Below are positions 42,559-55,670 of a stretch of 64,000 bases of DNA, in pieces. Within the stretch, counting starts at the first letter, position 1. Each line of letters starts with the position of its first letter. The stretch is taken from the NCBI GenBank assembly GCA_965203635.1, contig OZ241903.1, positions 3,330,918 to 3,394,917 on the forward strand, read 5' to 3'. This stretch comes from Candidatus Aldehydirespirator sp. (lineage in GTDB: Bacteria; Actinomycetota; Acidimicrobiia; Acidimicrobiales; Aldehydirespiratoraceae). The notes under the pieces are model-generated. The model was not told the DNA's origin, searched no databases, and saw only the letters and a program-made list of their open reading frames with translations. The translations under genes and the position numbers were made by a program.

Positions 42559-44429
42559 GTCGCCCCGATCGCCTCCCCGATCGCATCCACCAGCTCGGCC
42601 GCGGTGAAGGGCTGGCCCGAGACCTTGGTCACCGACTTGGCGTCGACGAGATACTCGGCCCGCAGCATCCGGCACAGCTGCCCGGTGTTCATCTCGGGCA
42701 CGATGACACGCTCGAACGACGAGATCAGCGAACCGAGGTTGGCGGGCAGCGGGTTCAGATGGCGCAGATGGATGTGGGCCAGGCTGCGGCCGGCCGACTC
42801 GATCCGGCGGCGGGCTGAGGTGATGGCGCCCCACGTCGAGCCCCAGCTGACCACCGCGACGGACGCCTCCGGGTCGCCCACGACCTCCGCCGGCGGGATG
42901 TGGTGGGCGATCAGGGCGATCCGCTCGGCCCGCAGCCGCACCATGGCCTGGTGGTTGTCGGGCTCGTAGCTGATGTTGCCGCTGCCGTCCTCCTTCTCGA
43001 TCCCGCCGATGCGGTGCATGAGCCCTGGAGTGCCCGGGATGGCCCACGGGCGCACCAGCCGCTCGTCGCGCCGGAAGGGCCAGAAGACGGCCTCGCCCTC
43101 GTCGTTCACGTGGTTGGGCTTGGAGGCGAAGTTGACCGCGATGGAGTCGAACTGCTCGACATCGGGGATGCGCCACGGCTCGCTGCTGTTGGCCAGGTAG
43201 CCGTCGGAGAGCAGGATCACCGGCGTGCGGTGCTCGACGGCCAGGCGCACCGCCTCGATGGCCGTGAAGAAGCAGTCCGAGGGGCTCTGGGCCGCCACTA
43301 TGGGCAGGGGCGCCTCGCCATGGCGGCCGTACATGGCCATGAGCAGGTCGGCCGCCTCGGTCTTGGTCGGTAGGCCGGTCGACGGGCCGCCCCGCTGGAT
43401 GTCGATGACCACCAGCGGAACCTCCAGGCTCACGGCCAGGCCCACGGTCTCGGCCTTGAGGGCCATGCCGGGACCCGAGGTGGTGGTGACGCCGATGTGG
43501 CCCCCGTAGGCCGCGCCGAGGGCCGCGCCCACCGCGCCGATCTCGTCCTCGGCCTGGAGGGTGCGGACCCCGAAGTTCTTGTGCCGGGCCAGCTCGTGGA
43601 GGACGTCGCTGGCCGGGGTGATCGGGTAGGACCCGAGGAACAGCGGTATGCCGGCCTGCTGGGAGGCGGCGATGAGCCCCCACGACAGCGCGGTGTTGCC
43701 GTTGATGTTGGTGTAGGTGCCCGGCTCCAGCTCGGCCGGGTTGACCATGAGCCGGCTGGCGCCCAACTCGGCGGTCTCGCCGAAGGCGTGGCCCGCAGCG
43801 AAGGCGGCCTTGTTCGCCGCGATCACCGTGTCGCGCCCTGCGAACTTGCCGTCGATCCAGTCGACGGTGGGCTTGACCGGGCGCGAGTACAGCCACGACA
43901 CCAGCCCGAGGGCGAAGAAGTTCTTGGACCGCTCGGCGTCGCGGGGCTTGACGCCCAGATCCTGGCAGGCCCGCTTGGTGAGGTCGGTCATGGGCGCAGT
44001 GACGACTGTGTAGCCGTCGAGGCTGCCGTCTTCGAGCGGGTTGGACTCGTATCCGGCCTTGGCCAGGTTGCGCTCGTTGAAGGCGTCGGCGTTGACGATC
44101 ACGGTCCCGCCCGGCTTCAGCAGATGCAGGTCGGACTGCAGCGCGGCCGGGTTCATGGCCACCAGCACCGTGGGGGCGTCGCCGGGGGTGGTGATGTCGT
44201 GGTCGGAGATGTGAACCTGGAACGACGAGACGCCGGCCAGCGTGCCGGCCGGGGCCCTGATCTCGGCGGGGAACTCGGGCAGGGTGGCCAGATCGTTGCC
44301 GAACAGGGCGCTGGCCGAGGTGAACCGGTCGCCGGTGAGCTGCATGCCGTCGCCGGAGTCGCCGGCGAAGCGAAGGACGATGCCATCGGTCGTACGGACC
44401 TCCTGGGTCCGTGCCGAAGTCTCGGTCAC
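42543..44429 (-). CDS. korA: 2-oxoglutarate/2-oxoacid:ferredoxin oxidoreductase, alpha subunit
   Basis: RFAGDSGDGMQLTG, GSYPITPASD. I chose the GTG at 44429, preceded by AAGGAG at 5 nt. Confidence 0.9.
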   Translation of the reverse strand: MTETSARTQEVRTTDGIVLRFAGDSGDGMQLTGDRFTSASALFGNDLATLPEFPAEIRAPAGTLAGVSSFQVHISDHDITTPGDAPTVLVAMNPAALQSDLHLLKPGGTVIVNADAFNERNLAKAGYESNPLEDGSLDGYTVVTAPMTDLTKRACQDLGVKPRDAERSKNFFALGLVSWLYSRPVKPTVDWIDGKFAGRDTVIAANKAAFAAGHAFGETAELGASRLMVNPAELEPGTYTNINGNTALSWGLIAASQQAGIPLFLGSYPITPASDVLHELARHKNFGVRTLQAEDEIGAVGAALGAAYGGHIGVTTTSGPGMALKAETVGLAVSLEVPLVVIDIQRGGPSTGLPTKTEAADLLMAMYGRHGEAPLPIVAAQSPSDCFFTAIEAVRLAVEHRTPVILLSDGYLANSSEPWRIPDVEQFDSIAVNFASKPNHVNDEGEAVFWPFRRDERLVRPWAIPGTPGLMHRIGGIEKEDGSGNISYEPDNHQAMVRLRAERIALIAHHIPPAEVVGDPEASVAVVSWGSTWGAITSARRRIESAGRSLAHIHLRHLNPLPANLGSLISSFERVIVPEMNTGQLCRMLRAEYLVDAKSVTKVSGQPFTAAELVDAIGEAIGATGEKR

Positions 44430-44550
44430 TGATGCTCCTTTGCACCCGCTGTGCGAGGGCGGACGGCACGACCCACGGTTGAGACCCACCATCTCCGGCC
44501 CGCAGGTGCAACCCTAGCCGGTATACCGTTTGAGGCCACGGCTTTATTCC

Positions 44551-44600
44551 CGCTCTTGTTCGCTGCGCTCACGGGCCGCTCGGGCCACGGCCTCGCTCGG
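44551..44600. repeat. GC-rich intergenic repeat, copy 3 (reverse orientation)
   Basis: CGCTCTTGTTCGCTGCGCTCACGGGCCGCTCGGGCCACGGCCTCGCTCGG lies between korA and fbaB. Confidence 0.8.
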
Positions 44601-44683
44601 CGCGCCGCGACGGTGTTCACAAATCGCTCCCCGTCCGCTCGGCCTCTCGGCCCGTTCATTTGCAGGTTCTGCGTTGCCCGGAT

Positions 44684-45732
44684 TCAGGCGACGGTGACGG
44701 CGGCGTCCAGGTACACGTCCTGGATGGCGTTGAGCAGTTCGACGCCGGAGGCCATGGGCCGCTGGAAGGCCTTGCGACCCGAGATCAGCCCGGTGCCGCC
44801 GGCCCGCTTGTTGATCACCGCGGTGGTGACCGCCTCGGCCAGATCGCTGGCGCCCGACGATGCCCCGCCGCTGTTGATGAGCCCGATCCGGCCCATGTAG
44901 CAGTTGGCCACCTGGTAGCGGCACAGGTCGATGGGATGGTCGCTGGTGAGCTGGTCGTAGACGAGGTCGTGGGTCTTGCCGAAGCCCACTGCCCGGTATC
45001 CGCCGTTGTTGGTGGGCAGCTTCTGCTTGATGATGTCGGCCTCGATGGTGACGCCCATGTGGTTGGCCTGACCGGTCAGGTCGGCGGCCGCGTGGTAGTC
45101 GGTGCCGTCCACCTTGAACGCCGAGTTGCGCAGGTAGCACCACAGCACGGTGAACATGCCGAGCTCGTGGGCGGCCGCGAACGCCTCGGAGACCTCGCCG
45201 ATCTGGCGCCGGGCGTTGTCGGATCCGAAGTAGACGGTTGCCCCGACGCCGGCCGCGCCGAGGTCCCAGGCCTGCTCCACCGAGCCGAACATCACCTGGT
45301 CGTACGACTCGGGATGGCTCAGCAGCTCGTTGTGGTTGAGCTTGACGATGAACGGGATGCGGTGGGCGTAGCGGCGCGACGCCATGCCCAGCACACCGAA
45401 CGTGGTGGCCACCGCTTGCAGCCCCCCTCGACGGCCAGCTCCACGATTCCCATCGGGTCGAAGTAGGCCGGGTTGGGTGCGAACGAGGCTGCGCCCGAGT
45501 GCTCGATGCCCTGGTCGACGGGCAGTATCGACACGTAGCCGGTGCCGGCCAGCCGGCCGCTGCCGAACAGCGACTGGATGCTGCGCAGCACCTGCGGCGA
45601 GCGATCGCTCACGGCGAGGACCCGGTCCACGAAGTCGGGGCCGGGAAGGGTCAGCGACTCCCGCTCGAAGGTCTTGCACTCATGCTCGAGCAGTGACTCG
45701 GCGGATTCGCCGAGCAGGGTGTGAATGTCCAC
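44684..45732 (-). pseudogene. fbaB: Class I fructose-bisphosphate aldolase (FbaB/DhnA type) interrupted by a 1-nt deletion near 45414
   Basis: N-terminal part (..[27 protein letters not shown]) is in the frame of ORF 45319..45825. The C-terminal part ([30 protein letters not shown]...) is in the frame of ORF 44684..45679. Colinear with E. coli FbaB from memory. Confidence 0.7.
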
Positions 45733-45913
45733 GGAAGGCTCCTGATGGGGTGGTCCGAGGCGACCGCCGGTCGGCAAGCCAGGCGACCCGCGCCCGCCTG
45801 CCGCCACGGTAGCGCCCCAACCCATCAGCGGGCGCGGACCCGCGAAGGTGGGCCGCGGGCGGGGCTCCGACGAGTTGGGCTAGCGTCGTTGCAAGCATCC
45901 AGGGAGACCAGCG

Positions 45914-46783
45914 ATGAGGCTCACCGACGACCAGCTCCGGGAATTCGACGAGACGGGCCTGCTGTTCCTGCCCGACGTCTTCTCGGCCGCGGAAGTGGCG
46001 CTGCTGCGCCGCGAGGCCGACACCTGCTTCGCCTTGCAGAGAGAGGAGGTGTGGCGCGAGGACAACGGCGCACCCCGCAGCGCCTTCGCCGCCCACCGCT
46101 ACAACGAGGCGTACCGGCGCATCGCCGCGCACCCCCGGCTCCTCGAGCCGGTGATGCAGATCCTCGACGGCCGGGTGTACATGCACCAGTTCAAGATCAA
46201 CGCGAAGGCGGCCTTCGACGGCGCGGTCTGGCAGTGGCACCAGGACTACGGCACATGGCAGCGCGACGACGACATGCCCGAGCCGCGGGCCATGAACATC
46301 GCGGTCTTCCTCGACGACGTGACTGCGGCCAACGGCCCGCTGCTCCTCATTCCGGGCAGCCACAAGCTGGGCGTGCTCGAGGCCGGCCACGACCTGGAGA
46401 CAACCACCTACCCGCTCTGGTGCCTGGAGCGTGAGACCGTCAGCGCACTGGCCGAGCGGGGCGGCGTGGCCGCGCCGACCGGCAAGGCCGGCTGCGTGCT
46501 GATGTTCCACTCGAACATGGTCCACGCCAGCCCGCCCAACATCAGCCCCTTGAGCCGGGTGATCGTCTACCTGAGCCTCTGCGAGGTCTCGAACCACATC
46601 CGCAGGTTCCAGCGGGCCGAGTGGTGGGCCCTGCGCGACTTCGCGCCGATCGAGCCGTTGGCCGACGACTGCCTTGAGGAACTGGTCCGACTCCAGAGCT
46701 CGACTCCCGATCAGCCCGCACGAGACCACAGTCTGGACCCACCGCATGAACCTCTTCCGGCTGCTGCAGGAGCGCGTCGCTGA
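45914..46783 (+). CDS. PhyH-family Fe(II)/2OG dioxygenase, ectoine-hydroxylase-like (PhyH-6)
   Basis: WQWHQDYGTWQRDDDMPEP resembles the EctD signature region. NGPLLLIPGSHK, PTGKAGCVLMFHSNMVHAS. Confidence 0.75.
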   Translation: MRLTDDQLREFDETGLLFLPDVFSAAEVALLRREADTCFALQREEVWREDNGAPRSAFAAHRYNEAYRRIAAHPRLLEPVMQILDGRVYMHQFKINAKAAFDGAVWQWHQDYGTWQRDDDMPEPRAMNIAVFLDDVTAANGPLLLIPGSHKLGVLEAGHDLETTTYPLWCLERETVSALAERGGVAAPTGKAGCVLMFHSNMVHASPPNISPLSRVIVYLSLCEVSNHIRRFQRAEWWALRDFAPIEPLADDCLEELVRLQSSTPDQPARDHSLDPPHEPLPAAAGARR

Positions 46784-48101
46784 GGGCCGCCCCGTCACCG
46801 TCGGCCTGATCGGAGCCGGCAAGTTCGGCTCGATGTTCCTGGCCCAAGCCAGGCACACACCCGGGCTCCGCGTGGCAGCCATCGCCGACCTCGATCCCGA
46901 CCGGGCCCGTGCCGCCCTGGCCGAGACCGGCTGGACCGGGGAGGCCCGGTGGGGCTGCTCGCCTCCTGCCGCGCCGGACCAGGGGACGATCTGTCTGACC
47001 GATGACGCCTTCGAGCTGATCGGCGCCGACGGTGTGGAGGTCGTGGTCGACGCCACCGGCAACCCCCCGGCCGGCCTGGCCCACGCCCGGGCCGCCATCG
47101 CCGGCGGCAAGCACACCGTCATGGCCAACGTCGAAGCCGACGTCCTGGCCGGGCCGCTCCTGGCTGCCGAGGCCCGCCGAGCCGGGCTGGTCTACTCGAT
47201 GGCCTACGGCGACCAGCCGGCGCTGATCTGCGAGATGGTCGATTGGGCCCGAGCCTCGGGCCTCGGTGTCGTGGCGGCCGGAAAGGGCACCAAGTACCTG
47301 CCGAGCTTCCACGACTCCACGCCCGAGACGGTCTGGGACGGCTACGGCATCTCGCCCGAGCGGGCCGCCGAGGGCGGCATGAACCCGCAGATGTTCAACT
47401 CGTTCCTCGACGGCACCAAGTCGGCGATCGAGATGGCCGCGGTGTCCAATGCCACCGGCCTGACGCCGGCGCCGGAGGGACTCGGATTCCCGCCGGCCGG
47501 CACCGACCAGCTCGCACAGGTCCTGCGGCCGCGTGCCGAGGGTGGCACGCTGCACCACAAGGGCCAGGTGGAGGTGGTCTCGTCGCTCCATCGGAACGGC
47601 GAGCCGGTCGAACGCGATCTGCGCTGGGGCGTCTACGTGGTCTTCGAGGCGCCCAGCGACTACACGGCGCGCTGCTTCGCCGAGTACGGCCTCATGACCG
47701 ACAGCAGCGGCCGCTACAGCGCGACCTACAAGCCGTACCACCTGATCGGCTTGGAGGTCGGCGTGTCAGTGTTGAGCGCCGCCCTGCGGGGCGAGCCGAC
47801 CGGGACACCTGCCGGGTTCGCCGGCGACGCCGTAGCGGTGGCCAAGCGGCACCTCGAGGCGGGTGAGAGCCTCGACGGCGAGGGGGGTTTCACTGTCCGG
47901 GGCCGGCTGATGCCGGCCGGCGACAGCCTCGCCGAGGGCGCCCTGCCGATCGGCCTCGCCCACAATGTGCCTCTGGTCAACGACGTGCCCAGAGGCAGCC
48001 TGGTCACCTGGGCCGATGTGAAGGTCGACGAGACCAGCGACGCGGTGAAGATCCGCCGCGACATGGAGGCCCGCTTCGCCCCAGTGCACGCCGGCGTCTG
48101 A
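46746..48101 (+). CDS. NAD(P)-binding oxidoreductase with C-terminal SAF domain (COG4091-like 'homoserine dehydrogenase-like' family)
   Basis: VTVGLIGAGKFGSMF Rossmann motif. C-terminal AKRHLEAGESLDGEGGFTVRGRLMPA is SAF-like. The ATG at 46746 overlaps the upstream gene by 38 nt. Confidence 0.6.
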   Translation: MNLFRLLQERVAEGRPVTVGLIGAGKFGSMFLAQARHTPGLRVAAIADLDPDRARAALAETGWTGEARWGCSPPAAPDQGTICLTDDAFELIGADGVEVVVDATGNPPAGLAHARAAIAGGKHTVMANVEADVLAGPLLAAEARRAGLVYSMAYGDQPALICEMVDWARASGLGVVAAGKGTKYLPSFHDSTPETVWDGYGISPERAAEGGMNPQMFNSFLDGTKSAIEMAAVSNATGLTPAPEGLGFPPAGTDQLAQVLRPRAEGGTLHHKGQVEVVSSLHRNGEPVERDLRWGVYVVFEAPSDYTARCFAEYGLMTDSSGRYSATYKPYHLIGLEVGVSVLSAALRGEPTGTPAGFAGDAVAVAKRHLEAGESLDGEGGFTVRGRLMPAGDSLAEGALPIGLAHNVPLVNDVPRGSLVTWADVKVDETSDAVKIRRDMEARFAPVHAGV

Positions 48102-48818
48102 TCAGGACAGGGCGCGGACCCGCTGGGAGACGTCGGCCAGCCGCGGGTCGTGGGACTCGACCCAGCGGAACAGCTCACGGGCTCTCGGGGAACGGCCGGC
48201 CCGTTCGTACAGGTCGGCGAGGGCGTAGGCCCGGCGCAGGTGGTGGTCTCGGGGCCGGGACGGCAGCCGCCAGCCCTGCTCCAGAACCCGGATTGCCGCG
48301 GGCAGCTCTCCCCTGTCGGCCTTGGCGCCGGCCAGCACCAGCCGACCCTCGGTCACCAACTCGGCCGAGGGCGACGCCGCGCCCAGTTCCTTCCAGAGCT
48401 CCTCCACGTCGGCCCAGCGGCCCAGGGCCCGGTGGCAGTCGGCCAGCACCGGATGCTGCTCGGTGGAGCCGCTCAACTCGCGGAAGTACTCGAGCTCGGC
48501 CATGGCTGGGCCGAACCGCCCCAACCGGTACAGCACCAGTCCGTAGAGCTCCCGCACATCGGCCACATCCGGCGCATCGCGGGCCAGCCGGGTCAGCAGC
48601 GGGAGGGCCTCCTTGAACCGTTCGGCGCGAAAGGCTTTGGCCGCCGTCTCGAAACGTCGAACCGCGCTCTTGCCGCGCTCGGGGCCCAGGGCACGCAGCA
48701 ACTCGACGTGAGGATCCGGTGCGGGAAACGGCACCGACGGCAGCGGCACTCGCCGGCGCGGCTTGCCGCGACGCGGCTTGGACCGCGGCCGACTCGATCC
48801 GTCACCGTTGCCCGCCAT
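48102..48818 (-). CDS. TPR-repeat protein with basic N-terminal tail
   Basis: Repeated helical A/L/R-rich TPR-like units. The start is limited to the ATG at 48818, because the longer ORF would run into the 5S rRNA gene. Confidence 0.55.
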   Translation of the reverse strand: MAGNGDGSSRPRSKPRRGKPRRRVPLPSVPFPAPDPHVELLRALGPERGKSAVRRFETAAKAFRAERFKEALPLLTRLARDAPDVADVRELYGLVLYRLGRFGPAMAELEYFRELSGSTEQHPVLADCHRALGRWADVEELWKELGAASPSAELVTEGRLVLAGAKADRGELPAAIRVLEQGWRLPSRPRDHHLRRAYALADLYERAGRSPRARELFRWVESHDPRLADVSQRVRALS

Positions 48819-48862
48819 AGGCGCGGAGCCTACCTGCGGCGTGAAATCGTGCCCCGGAATGG

Positions 48863-48897
48863 CAGAAGGCCCCGGATCTGGTCGACGGGGCCTTCTG
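48863..48897 (-). terminator. Perfect 12-bp stem hairpin (CAGAAGGCCCCG-N11-CGGGGCCTTCTG) downstream of 5S rRNA; candidate rrn terminator
   Basis: Located 10 nt after the 5S 3' end on the minus strand. No strong U-tract. Confidence 0.5.
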
Positions 48898-48907
48898 ATC
48901 GGCGAAA

Positions 48908-49025
<118 letters not shown>

Positions 49026-49111
49026 CTGTTGTCGTACGGGCGAACCCTCAGCGGGATCGCCTCTTGACGAACTCCATAGCGAGCACGAGCACCGAGCGCT
49101 CGATGCGAAAT

Positions 49112-52200
<3,089 letters not shown>

Positions 52201-52415
52201 TTCATTTTCATTGCATCTCGCGAAAGATGCTCGTGCTCGCTATGCAATTCTCAAGAGGCGATCCATGGGCGATGAGTCTGACGAGTTCAGCGCGCCCGTA
52301 GGAGCGGTGCCATGACCACTTCCTCAAAACGGAAGAGACGGACAGCGAGTGCCTTAACTGGAAGCACTCAACTGAGAGCTGGCTTGAGCAGCCAACCAAC
52401 TGTTGAGATCATGCT

Positions 52416-53940
<1,525 letters not shown>

Positions 53941-54304
53941 GATCTCCGGCACGGCCGAAGCCGGGCCATCGATCGGTTTGCTCGGCTGCTCCCCGCCTAG
54001 GCGGGTGCGTGAGCAGCCTTGCGGCCAGAGAGCCGGCCTCACCGCTCGGAGCGGAGAGACCTTGGCTCCCCCGGCGCCGAAGCGCCGGGCGGTCCGGCAG
54101 GCACGCCGGACCATGATTGACGGACATCGCCTCAGGCCACGCAGCCCGAGCCGACGCCCGCACTCGCTATGCGTCCGTCTCTTCCGTTTTCAAGAAGCAA
54201 TCTCCTGTCGGCGACCGTTGCGATCCCGGCCAGAACCGGTCCGATGGCGCCGAAGGCACTGCAACTCCGGCCGCGCTCACAGAGCCCCGCCGGGGTGGCC
54301 GGTC

Positions 54305-54333
54305 ACCCTACCGCCCCGGGGCGACTACATCAA
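54305..54333 (-). promoter_or_regulatory. Candidate rrn promoter: -35 TTGATG, 17 nt, -10 TAGGGT
   Basis: Read on the minus strand just after the tyrS stop. The -10 fits the actinobacterial TAnnnT pattern. Position only; no experimental support. Confidence 0.3.
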
Positions 54334-54346
54334 CCTAAGTCAAGCT

Positions 54347-55606
54347 CTAGTCCACCACCAGGAGGTGACGCTGCCGGCGACCCCGCTGCACCAGCGCGTA
54401 GCGGCCGTCCACCAGGTCGACCTGCTCCTCCGGTGACCCCACCCGCCGGCCGTTCATACGGATGCCGCCACCGGTGATCGTGCGGCGGGCGTCGGACCGT
54501 GAGGCGCACACCCCGGCCGCGACCAGGGCGTCGACCACCGGCTCGTCCGGGCCGATGACCGAGCCGCCCACCACCGTCTCGGGCACGATGCCTCGCACCG
54601 CCTCCAGCCGGTCACCGGACAGCGTCGGCTCCCCGAACAGGACCTCGGCTGCCAGACCGGCCTGATCGGTGGCGGCCGGGCCGTGCACGAGGGTGCAGAC
54701 CTCGTCCGCGAGGGCGCGCTGGGCCCTGCGCTCGTGCGGGGCGGCGGCATGGGCCGACATGATCGCCGTCACCTCGGCCACCGGCAGGAGCGTGAGTTGC
54801 AGCAGCAGCCGCTCGGCGTCGCGGTCGTCGGTGTTCACGAAGTACTGGTGCAGCTCGAAGGGCAGCGTGCGCCCGGCGTCGAGCCAAACCGTGCCCTCGG
54901 CGGTCTTGCCGAACTTCTGGCCGTCGGCCCGGGTCATCAGAGGCCACGTCAGACCGTGGACGGTGGCACCGCTGCGACGCCGGACCAGGTCGATGCCGGC
55001 GGTGATGTTTCCCCACTGGTCGGAGCCGCCCACCTGGAGGCGGCAGTCGTAGTTCTCGAACTGCCACCAGTAGTCGAAGGCCTGCAGCAGCATGTAGCTG
55101 AACTCGGTGAACGAGATCCCGTGGTCGCTCGCCATGCGGCTGCGCACCGAGTCCTTGGCCACCATCTGGTTGACGGTCATGTGCTTGCCGACATCGCGCA
55201 GGAAGTCGAGCAGGCTCACGCCGCGGGTCCAGTCGTAGTTGTTGACCAGGCGGGCCGCGCTGTCGCCGGAGAAGTCGAACAGCGACTCCAGCTGGGCCCG
55301 GATGCCCGCGGTGTTCGCTTCCAACGTGGCCGCGTCGAGCAGGTTGCGCTCATCGGAGCGTCCGCTCGGGTCACCGACCATCCCGGTGGCCCCGCCCACC
55401 AGCGCCAGCGGGCGGTGGCCGGCCTCCTGGAAGCGGCGCAGCACCAGCACGGCCACGAGATGGCCGACGTGCAGGCTGTCGGCGCTGGGATCGATGCCGC
55501 AGTAGAGGGTGACGGGCCCGGACTCGAGCAGGTCGGTCAACCCGGCCTCGTCGGTGTGGTCATGGACCAGCCCGCGGGCACGCAGGTCGTCGAGCAGGTC
55601 AACCAT
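54347..55606 (-). CDS. tyrS: Tyrosine--tRNA ligase
   Basis: HVGHL (HIGH) and KFGKT (KMSKS) motifs; C-terminal S4-like domain; 419 aa. Confidence 0.95.
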   Translation of the reverse strand: MVDLLDDLRARGLVHDHTDEAGLTDLLESGPVTLYCGIDPSADSLHVGHLVAVLVLRRFQEAGHRPLALVGGATGMVGDPSGRSDERNLLDAATLEANTAGIRAQLESLFDFSGDSAARLVNNYDWTRGVSLLDFLRDVGKHMTVNQMVAKDSVRSRMASDHGISFTEFSYMLLQAFDYWWQFENYDCRLQVGGSDQWGNITAGIDLVRRRSGATVHGLTWPLMTRADGQKFGKTAEGTVWLDAGRTLPFELHQYFVNTDDRDAERLLLQLTLLPVAEVTAIMSAHAAAPHERRAQRALADEVCTLVHGPAATDQAGLAAEVLFGEPTLSGDRLEAVRGIVPETVVGGSVIGPDEPVVDALVAAGVCASRSDARRTITGGGIRMNGRRVGSPEEQVDLVDGRYALVQRGRRQRHLLVVD

Positions 55607-55630
55607 CGCGGTTCAGCCTACCGACCGGGC

Positions 55631-55660
55631 GCGAGTGGCCCGTGAGCGAAGCGAGCCGAC
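55631..55660. repeat. GC-rich intergenic repeat, partial copy 4
   Basis: GCGAGTGGCCCGTGAGCGAAGCGAGCCGACG matches the central/right part of the repeat, with an internal deletion between the GGCCCG direct repeats. Confidence 0.5.
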
Positions 55661-55670
55661 GATCCCGAGA

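Noticed and set aside
41482-44429. Functional link between korAB (2-oxoglutarate:ferredoxin oxidoreductase) and the neighbouring 2-oxoglutarate-dependent dioxygenases.
   Set aside because: They share only the metabolite 2-oxoglutarate. korAB is a core-metabolism gene pair, is convergent with the PhyH genes, and there is no operon link. I treat the adjacency as coincidental unless synteny analysis says otherwise.
45914-46783. Calling this gene ectD (ectoine hydroxylase).
   Set aside because: The similarity is clear, but the EctD signature is only partly conserved (WHQDYGTWQRDDDMP) and no ectABC genes are present. I kept it as EctD-like PhyH family.
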